DNA from: Octopus vulgaris
Lineage: Eukaryota
Assembly: GCA_951406725.2 (NCBI GenBank)
Contig: OX597830.1
Coordinates: 44,082,001-44,146,000 of the forward strand
Direction of reading: 5' to 3'
Length of the DNA: 64,000 nucleotides
This document shows positions 54,350 through 64,000 of this stretch, in pieces. Made by a program: the position numbers and the translations under genes. Under the pieces are notes generated by a model. It saw nothing but the letters and a program-made list of their open reading frames with translations. It was not told the DNA's origin and made no database searches. The number at the start of each line of letters is the position of its first letter. The first letter of the stretch is position 1.

Positions 54350-54722
54350 CAATCTCTTATCTCTTACACTATTTCAGCATTACGTCTCTATTGTAATGTG
54401 AGATAATACTTTCAGTTTGAAAGAAATCTGTTCTATATATAAGTATATTCCTTATGCATTCCAAAACGAGTTACAGATTTTGACATATAGGATATCAAAA
54501 GATTTAGTACTATTTCGGCTACAAATTAAACTTAATTTCCATTCACAATTTGCATTTCAAAAATTTAACATAATCTTTTCCATAAATCAACTCAACTATC
54601 GTAAACATTTTATACGATGACGTCACATAGTCTATATGTGTGTGTGTGTGTACCTTAAAAGACATCAATCATCACGACACACATCTTCACTCATTCACTC
54701 TATCTCTCTTTGTCACTCTCTT

Positions 54723-54754
<32 letters not shown>

Positions 54755-55800
54755 GTCCATTTCATATTGACGCACATACATCTTTTCTTTCTCTGTCCTT
54801 TTCGCTTTCTCTTCTGCTCTCTTCAAACAAATTTTTACAGAATGGGCGAGAGAAACACAGAAAAGACGTAATCTCTCCAGAAACAAGTATAAAGCAAGGA
54901 TGATTGTAGAAAACCGAAGGCGCGAGTCAGAAGAGAGAAGTGAGATGAGATTTTCTCAAGATCAGCAATGCATATTGCAGCACTTAGTGCTGGATCATTA
55001 AATCAATGTTTTAATGATTAGACAGAGGTCCAATAGAATAGCTCTCAGAAACAGAATATGTACAAATTCGTTTTTCACAACCCGTGAAGATGTTTTCAGA
55101 TATGATCCATCCCATTCTTATAAAAATGATAACTCTGTCCAAATTTGTGTTCTAAACACAAATTGTCGTTTCTGTAGAACTTTAAAATTTTCAAATAGAA
55201 CAAATGGTATGTGCTGCTCAGGTGGCCAGGTAACATTGCCAGCACTATTAGCTCCTTCTCAAACTCTTATGGATCTTCTAGAAGGCACTTCCATACAGTC
55301 AAAAGATTTATTGAACAATATCAGACAATACAACTCTGCATTTCAAATGACATCGTTTGGTGCCTCTAAAAAGATAAACATGAATTTACGCCGACGTCAT
55401 TGGTTCCATGTTACCCACAAATGAACAACCACAGTTCCTCCAAATTTACTTTATGGGTGATGTAGGACAACGAACCCGAAGGCGGTGTTAAAATTTCAGA
55501 TGATGGGTCTTATTAGAGACAGCACTGACTGCTGCAAAAGAGAGTATATCTACTGACAGCTTTTTGGTGCGTTCAAAAATCACATAACCTCCACTCCCAA
55601 TTTTCCATGACAGATTAGGGCCCGAAATACTCCAAACGGACACATAGCATGATGCTTAGTCGAATTAGCCCAGCATTTACTCCACAAATGTTTTGTTGTC
55701 AAAGCTACTCTTTCCCATATCACCTATTTCAACATAACTGTAATATATTATATACAAACGATACCATTTTAATCCTGAGCAACGCCGGATATCTCTGCTA

Positions 55801-55801
<1 letters not shown>
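54350..55801 (+). mobile_element. Internally deleted Helitron (RepHel N-terminal remnant plus 3' end); 5' boundary uncertain
   Basis: ORF 55014-55424 reads CRFCRTLKF...GMCCSGGQVTLP...LNNIRQYNSAFQMTSFGA. A subterminal GC-rich motif cctgagcaacgccgg precedes terminal CTAG|T at 55798-55802. Confidence 0.8.
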
Positions 55802-55877
<76 letters not shown>

Positions 55878-56831
55878 AGGACTTGCTGCCTATATCCAAG
55901 AAATGGACCACGCACAGAAGTATGTATAGATTATTTTCAAAACACAATTTCTGTAATTCGTTGTGGTGGCATACGTTTCTCTTGGAGAATGGACTTGTTT
56001 CTACCCAAGAAATGGACTTGCTGTTTGTACCCAAGAAATGGACAACGCACTGGTTATAAGTATTTCTATAAGGTAACAATTTAAAGGATTGTTAAAGAGA
56101 ATATATTTTAATAACCTGAACTGTCTGTATAAAGAATAAAAAAAAAAATGAAAAAGAGTGGCAAGTTTTGTAAATAGGGGAAGGGTAAGGTTGAATATTT
56201 AAGAGAATTTTCAGCGTGCAAGATGTTTGTAAGCAATTCCAGAACAACAAAAGCCGTTACTTTCACTGCAAAATTTAAATTTCATTTGTGTCTAAATATT
56301 TTCGTTCTTTGAAACTACGGCAAAATTCGTGCTGCATCTGTTTTGTCAGTGAACAAGTCTCGGTTTCAAAGCGACAAAATTATTGAGATTGAAATGAGAT
56401 TTAAATGTTGCGGTGAATCCAACCATTTCTCTGTCTGTCTGTCTCTGTGTGTGTGTGTGTGTTTGTGTGCGTGCGTGCGTGTGCGCGTGTGTGTGTGTGC
56501 GTTCTTGAATGGCTTACAAACAACTACTCTTCAATTGTTTTTATTAATACCATTATGTAGAAGACAGAATCGTGAAAATTTTGTGCGCAAATTTTTGTTT
56601 TCATCTTCGTTTATAGCATAGATATTTTTTTAGTCTGAAATGCCACCTTCGGCCTCCAAGGACGCATTGGTCGGCCCGAGGCTATGGTTGAAAACATTTA
56701 CTGAAGAACAGAGGGAGAGGAACAGGACAATTCACGCGATTCGATTTTTTCCCTAAAGAAAATAGATATTCTTCCCAACTACACGGTTCCAGGTACAGTC
56801 CCACTGCATGGCACCTTGGGAGCTTAAAGGA

Positions 56832-57150
56832 CATGTTGTTGTACAGCTATTACACATTAGAACTTTTTTTTGCTCGGGTCAAACGCTAGAGTTTAAAGGT
56901 CATGGTCTGACGATGTGAATTTTCCGAGTCCCCCCGCCCCGTTCGCGAGCGCGCATTTTTTTCATACTCATTTACAGCAAGTTGTTTTACACCTATTACA
57001 ATATTTTTGCTTTTTATTGGCTGTGGTGAGACGACTCGGAACATTCACGATGTGAACTTTCCGAGTCATTTCCCCCACCCACCCCCGTTCGCGAGTGCGC
57101 ATTTTTTTTTCATATTCGTTTACTACATGTTGTTGTACAGCTATTACACC
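56832..57150. repeat. Degenerate ~140-150 bp tandem duplication with a CpG-rich core
   Basis: cgatgtgaa.tttccgagtc...ccccgttcgcgag.gcgcattttt occurs twice; acatgttgttgtacagctattacac occurs at both ends. Confidence 0.75.
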
Positions 57151-58878
57151 ATTGTACATGTTTATATGTTATATATATAAATAAAGAATAAGACTCCAAA
57201 CTTAGATTTGACGTTTTTCTAGATGTATGACACAATTTGGTCGGATCGATCTGAGTGTATGAAAATTTACGTGGAACTTAAACTTGCAGTGATATTTGGT
57301 TTCGATGTTATTAGATACTTTGCAAGTTTGTAAGCGGTGATGGAAAATGGAATCTGACATCATGAGAGAGGGAGAGAGAGAGAGGGGGGAGAGAGAGAGA
57401 GGGAAGGAGAGAGAGAGTTAAATCTTTTGTTTAAATCCAAACTTTCTCTCCCTCTCGGACGAAGGAATTACCCCGAAAGTCAGATCTCTCTTCTCCCTAC
57501 GACATCAAACTCACAAACCTCTCCCTATAATCTTTGCTGATGTAGACTACTGTCTTTCCTCAAAACAATTGGTCTTCTTTTTCAGATTCTGTTCTTTTTG
57601 CATTATTGTTTGTAAACTTAAAGCTAGACAGTGTTCACGCAATACATGTTGAAGCTAATATTTTCAGGTTTCCACACTGGAAATAATGAATGAGGAGAAA
57701 AGCACGCACACCAACTGAGGTTAAGAATCAATTTTGCAAATAGTTGTTACTTATACCATGGACTTTCGTTAAGGAGCAGTTGAATACATTGCGTCTATGT
57801 TGCAGCCTATACGTTGAACAGGTTTTCAATGAATCGGTAGAAAATCCATTGAAGATAGCCCGAGATGAAAAACACATGTGAAGATTGTTTGTATATTGAT
57901 TGAGACATGCTGCAGTAAAATATTCTACTGCATTAGGTAAACCTTATTAAATAATCGTGAGTGTTCTTTATATTAAAGAACAGATACTCATTAAAGTTGC
58001 TGCCTAGCTCAGGTCAGCCACGAACAAGCAAACCTATGCTAAGACACCCGAGCCATGGCCATAACGTCTTTTCCAGACAATGTATTCCATTTTTTTTAAA
58101 GACGTAGAGTATGGCTTTTGATTCTAGCAGTCGAAGGTCAATGGTTACATCTACATCGTGGGACAAATTAGGTCTGTAATTGCCAGAGATATGAAAACAA
58201 TATTAACCAATGACTAATATTTTTTTCTCACACTTATTTCTAATTAGCTTTTGATGCAGCTCCCAGTACTAAATACGTTAACATTAATTTAACAAGAGTA
58301 AAATAAAAGTAGACTGACTGGGATAAGAGAAGCTGAACCGGTTTGTTAAAAGAAACATCAGATGGAGTGAGGCCTTCACTTAAACAATCAATTTTGAGAC
58401 TATAAAATGTTGGGATGCTTAGAAGTGGCTGGTATCAAGTATGGCAGAAATGGGTAAGGGGAAATTTTTTGTAGGGATGCAAGGAGATCATAACAAAACG
58501 GTGACCAACAAAACCAGGCTGACACGTTATGGAGTGTGTCGTGTCGTAAGCCATATAAACGTCAGATAAGATGAATGACACAAGAATACAGGGCAATAAA
58601 GATGAGACTTTCCAATAAAATAATTTAATTCAGTTAAATAGTTGGGCCATCTTTCAGTTTAAGTATCACGATAATGAAAGTATTCGTTCGGCAATTTCTG
58701 TACAAAATCCTCATTTCTTTAATCTATTTTCAGCTGAATCACTTATGTTTATGTATTGTTTTCTGTGTATGTATTATGTCTTTATGTTTATGTAAGTATC
58801 TGTGCAGATTTATATGTTTTGCTTTATCTGTGTACTCATGCATATAGTTGCATATCTAGGCATGCATGTATGTATATT

Positions 58879-58926
<48 letters not shown>

Positions 58927-61900
58927 TGTGTGTGTGTATACACATACCTACACAAATACACATACATGTACATAAACACATACATACAAAACACATTAAC
59001 ACATACATATATACAAAAAAGACATAGTACTCACACGAACACAATACACACACAAAAAATGCATAAACATAGGCGATTCAACTGAAAAAGAATGCCCTAA
59101 TTGCCAATAGTTGGTAAAGGCTAAGTTTATACAAACTTCGGTCGGAATGTTTCAAAGTAATACAAAGTATACATTATTTGTAAAGAAGAGTGTGCAAGAC
59201 AACGAAAAAAAGTGTGTATGGAAAAGAACATATTATAAGACACATTTTTGGTGACTTTTTATAAAAGCGCATACGACAATGTTGTCCATAAGTTCTTAAT
59301 CATAGGCAGAAGGATATAGTAATATATAAAAACTGGCTTCATATCCTTGTACAATACCGACAAAGAGAAGTTTCTGCAGCAAATGGAAGAAGCACTTCTA
59401 CTTATAGAGAGGAGGGGGTTCATAGCCACTTGTGTGTGTGCATTTTCTTTTTTCTTTTTAGCTTGAAAAGCACGGACAAATTAGGCAAGATAGTTTGCTC
59501 TTATCATGTGATAGTGATTTTAGATTATATCACATGTTTAAAGTATTCATTCGGAATGCAAGTTTAAATTTGGAAGTCGACACGTCATGTGACAGGTAAC
59601 AAGACGACACATTCTGAACAAAAGGCGAAGCTACAATAAAATTTTAGAAAACTGCGGTGTGCATACTTAGAAATAACCAGGAAGTGGTTGTTACAAATCG
59701 TTTCGATTTTAAAGAATCTAACTTGGAAACAAACCTACAGACATGCTATTTCCAATTTTTGCTTCTATTGCTTTTCTTCTACCTCAAAGTTGTCTGGTCT
59801 CGTGTTGCCTCTTTTCAGGCACTAACGACTCGCTTTTCCCTAATCCCATGCCCACCTCTTCACATGAATCACTATATCCAGTCCTTCGTTTCCAGAATTC
59901 TGCGTACTTTTACCCTGTCAAGGTTTTCGAACATATTCGTATGTTGTTCCTATGTTGTACATATGAATATACTTAGTAACACATGTCAAATCAAACCTTT
60001 TTATTTTAATGGACGTTTCAATTAAAACTGATTACTTTTCTCTGTGTAAATTATTGCTTCATTAAAACTTGTGCCTTATGAAGTATGCACGCTCTGTTTA
60101 ACCATATTGAGATATGATATCGCTTAGGCTATGAATCTGTTTTCTATTCTCCACCACATAGCCCTATTAAATCTTACAAATTTGTTTTCTCACTGATAAC
60201 ATCCTGATGGCTCGGAGGACCTCGCTGTTTTAACTATCTTTCAGACCTATCAGCAACTTATATTAGAGAGAGGTTAAGTCATTAAGGTCTAAATGTATCC
60301 ACTAGAATGGTTTGCAGACTAGATATGACATGTCAACCAAGATACTGTTTCTACTGAATGCCCAGATACAGCTATGTAGAATGTTTACTAGCTCACCGGT
60401 TACGTCGCCCCAGTTAGCAGGTATTATCATGAGCACACATGAAGAACACACGTGAGTTAATTACCGTAACCTCGACAGTGTTACCAAAACTCACCACATT
60501 TCGCAGCTGCACTTTCAATACAGAACTCTATTAACAAACTATTTCATTTTACAAAGTAACTCAATTTTCAACACAGAACACGTAGTAGCCAGAAACTCAA
60601 ACCCTTTCTTAATCACTTTTCTATAAGTTTATAGATGCACACATATCGGATAGACTCACTGGCATTTCGTACCCACATCATGCAGATTCACTTGTGTCTT
60701 GTGTTCATATGCATGGCATGTTCAACCAGATTGACATCTTCCTCACCAGTTGTAACATTTATTTTGTTTCGATGTTTACAAGTAATCAAAAGGGGGATAA
60801 CACAGCAGCTCCCATGCTACCAAGTGAGGTCTTAGTTGCTCATCATTTGATTGGACTAATGAGAAAGTAGTTTCTTTGCCACGCATTGGTTCTTCCCAAT
60901 CTCTCTCTCTCTCTTTTACAGTACCCCTTCCCGAGCAAGGAATAAGTAGAGTAGGTCGTTTGCTATTCTTGTTTCAGCTAGTGTCAATACAAAACAAAAT
61001 TTCAGTTGAACAGGACATCGATTTGCTGTATATCGATTTCATTAGGTTACAGACTACATTTGTTGATTTCCATTCTTTTATTTCAGCAACATTTCTCGAT
61101 CACACTAGACATGGGAACCAAAAGAACTTGTTTTTCATGAAAATATGAATAACCCCAATGACTTTCCGGGTGCATTCATATGCATTCATATGCACAGCAC
61201 TACCCCCAATAACATACATTAACTGGAACATTGTTTTAATGGATGAGGCAATAGAAAACTGATATTGTCCTCTCTATGAATTACGGTCTCATTCAAATAT
61301 GAATTTTACGAATATGTAGAAGTACGTGTTGATTAACCACTTAGGCTAATAGGCAATATAAAAGATAACTTTTCTGTCTTTTTTTTTTATAGATGCTTTT
61401 AATGTATAATAAATAGATCAATCAATTGAATCTTAATTAGTTTTCTGATTTCCGATAAAAGGCGAAATAGATGACGGTATTTGGATTTGAAACATTTGAA
61501 TATCGAACTAGCTATTAAAGCATCGTTAAACTTTGATCAGTTGCATTCTCAGACATTTTCATAAGAATCTAGTGAGAAAGATCATGTAATTTGGAAGATA
61601 GAGAGAGAGAGAAAGAGAGAAGAAGACAGGGAGGGAAAGAGAGCGAGACAGGGAAAGAGAGAGACGGACCTAACAGCTTGTTCAGATTGCGTTCTGTCAA
61701 GAGAGGTCAGAAAATTTTGTGCTCTTGTTTATGTTGCCAGTGTACAGCTGACAAATACTGTTTCCTCTCTCTTTCGTCAGTCCAATAAAAGCGACGAGAA
61801 ATGGTGAACAACCAAAAGCGCCTCGTATATTTGTAGTAACAAGTACCAATTAAGCTTTAATGTATATATAACACTGACAGATTCTAGTGGTGATTTTTTC

Positions 61901-62466
61901 GGGGGTGGTGGGGTGAGGTGGGGTCTGGGGCTATTTGTCTGCTTAAGGAGAAATCCTTCTTTCGTATGTCTTTTTGCTGATGCGGAGCAAATTAATCCTA
62001 CCTTCTAATATACTAGTTAACGGATTAACTGTAAACTACTACACACTTCGTCCAGCGACAACACCAAGTGCATTTCGACCTTTTGAAGTATTTTCAATGA
62101 AACATACTCGCAACCAGTCACATACGGACAACAATTTGTCGCTTCCATTGGCGCTTTTACTTGTCGCTGTTGCGAAGAATTTTCGTTCCCTTTCAATATT
62201 TATTGCTTTTAACATAGCACATCCTTGAGAGATGTTACCTCAGGACAAATACCGCAGTAACTGGCCTACTAACAATCTATATACATTAAGTATGACATAC
62301 AGCGGGCTATTTTAATACTACTCCAATTGCGTATACATTTAGATAGCTTAAAAGTCAACTAGTCGATTACAATTAATTCGAAGATCGATCTTTCGATATC
62401 ATCATGAATACTTGTAAATATATTCATTTACAAACCATTGAATTAGCCTGAATATACTATAATATA

Positions 62467-62533
<67 letters not shown>

Positions 62534-62773
62534 GCGAGAAAGAAGCAACAAGAATGGATAAGTTTTTAGTACAATCGTTTCATACAAAGACAGGCTTTAT
62601 TAAAAGTTGCAAAAATTGCAGCATATAAACGTGTCCCGTACTCATCAGCGTATTTTAGCTGATGAGTACGGGACACGTTTATATGCTGCAATTTTTGCAA
62701 CTTTTAATAAAGCCTGTCTTTGTATGAAACGATTGTACTAAAAACTTATCCATTCTTGTTGCTTCTTTCTCGC
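62534..62773. repeat. Perfect fold-back inverted repeat (116-bp arms, 8-nt spacer) inserted in (TA)n
   Basis: 62534-62649 is the exact reverse complement of 62658-62773 as read by eye; (TA)n tracts lie on both sides (62473-62532, 62891-62912). Confidence 0.95.
62653..62743 (+). ncRNA. Type I hammerhead ribozyme motif with intact catalytic core
   Basis: Stem I TTTTAG(62653-58)/CTAAAA(62738-43); core CTGATGA(62659-65); extended stem II GTACGGGACA/TGTCTTTGTAT; GAAA(62726-29); stem III AC-GATT-GT; cleavage triplet GTA(62735-37). Confidence 0.8.
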
Positions 62774-63735
62774 TTATAATCACCCCACATTACTGTATTG
62801 ATAAAACCGTATAGTTTTTTGGTGCATCTAAGTTAGGTACCATATTCAAGTAAATTCATTAAAATTGACTTGAATCTTTATTGCTTTTTGTATATATATA
62901 TATATATATATACATATATGGTAAATGAAGGACGGAAGATAGAATATATGACAATTGTTTCAACACACCTAGCATCCATCTGTAACGGTATTTTAGGTGG
63001 AGCCAGTGGTCACCAGTTGTAACGGATGTTGATGTTGCAGATGTGCAAGATGAAAGAAGAACAGTGATCGAAGTTACATATTGTTATAGCCAAACCGCGA
63101 CGGGTTGGTATAATATAATTTGTAAAACATGTGAAGTAAAGAGAGATATCGTAGATCTTTCTTGTATAGGCGTGTTTGTGTTCTCGTTATTCTAGCAGCA
63201 GAGAAAAAGATAGTGATGTTGTAAAGAGAAAGTGAGCTAGTGAAATTGAGAGTGGTGGGACGAAACAACTGCTTCATTGGTGAGTTACCGGTTATCCCTC
63301 TGTGCCTTTTCATTTAGAGATGGCGTTTCGTTTAGCCGCTCAACCAGCTTCCCTGTTAGTCGGTTCTCACTAACTGACTTTGACTTACGGAGTTCTAGTA
63401 TTTATAACTATACAAAACTAGCTAGAAAATAGGTATATTGCAGAGAACAATAGATTTCGTTGGGAGTGTTATCTCAGTTCTAACTTCCATGGGCAAGAAA
63501 AGGTTAGGAGGCTCAAGTGGAAAAAACATAAATCGGTTTGGCAAAGCCATATGTTAAATGTATCTGCTGTCAACCATTGTTTTTCTGAGAGAAAAAAAAA
63601 TGCTGTCGAAATTTGCCGATTCAGGTTCGAATCTAATCTATGTCTAAATGAAGTCACTACACAACCCTCACGGGTGGGACACTCAACGACTGGTTCAGGA
63701 GCATCCAGTGGTGGAGATATGTCTCATCGGGTGAT

Positions 63736-63774
<39 letters not shown>

Positions 63775-64000
63775 GGCACCAAGTCTAATGTAAACCGTAG
63801 ATCCGACTCAGGGTTGGTTCCAGGTATGACGTAGGTATAAAAAGATATGTATGTATGTATGTACGCGTGCATGTATGTGTAGAATGACCGTGCGAAAGGA
63901 GAGGTGACGAATGAATGACTCATTTAATACACCGCACGGTCACTTACAATAAAAACCGAAAATGGATAAATGAGTATGATAAATGAGTATGACACGACCG

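Noticed and set aside
63070-63420. Possible exon or ncRNA in a CpG-containing unique stretch with a small hairpin
   Set aside because: No convincing splice-bounded frame or recognisable RNA family.

Overview
AT-rich, repeat-dense animal genomic DNA. The SINE, LINE and microsatellite content resembles a coleoid cephalopod, probably Octopus (my inference from repeat appearance). Two spliced protein-coding genes converge tail-to-tail. (1) The 3' end of an unidentified + strand gene: an exon at 34-247, a ~23.6 kb intron, and a terminal exon at 23887-24155 ending in the PDZ-ligand-like IESV*. (2) A complete 4-exon LAMTOR2 (Ragulator p14) gene on the - strand (48284->33868, 125 aa). The rest is SINEs, degenerate CR1/RTE LINEs, mariner/hAT/piggyBac-type MITEs, a Helitron remnant, a 28S rRNA fragment and microsatellites. 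Almost all ORFs in the supplied track are spurious. The most interesting structure is a set of four sequence-unrelated fold-back insertions (16472-16897, 37512-37781, 39251-39817, 62534-62773) with a Penelope-like-element-style architecture. Three carry type I hammerhead ribozyme cores. The intergenic one has an intact core, while both arms of the two copies in LAMTOR2 introns have lost catalytic G12. The fourth carries a tRNA-like module clamped in a 20-bp stem. All analysis was by eye, and repeat boundaries are approximate.
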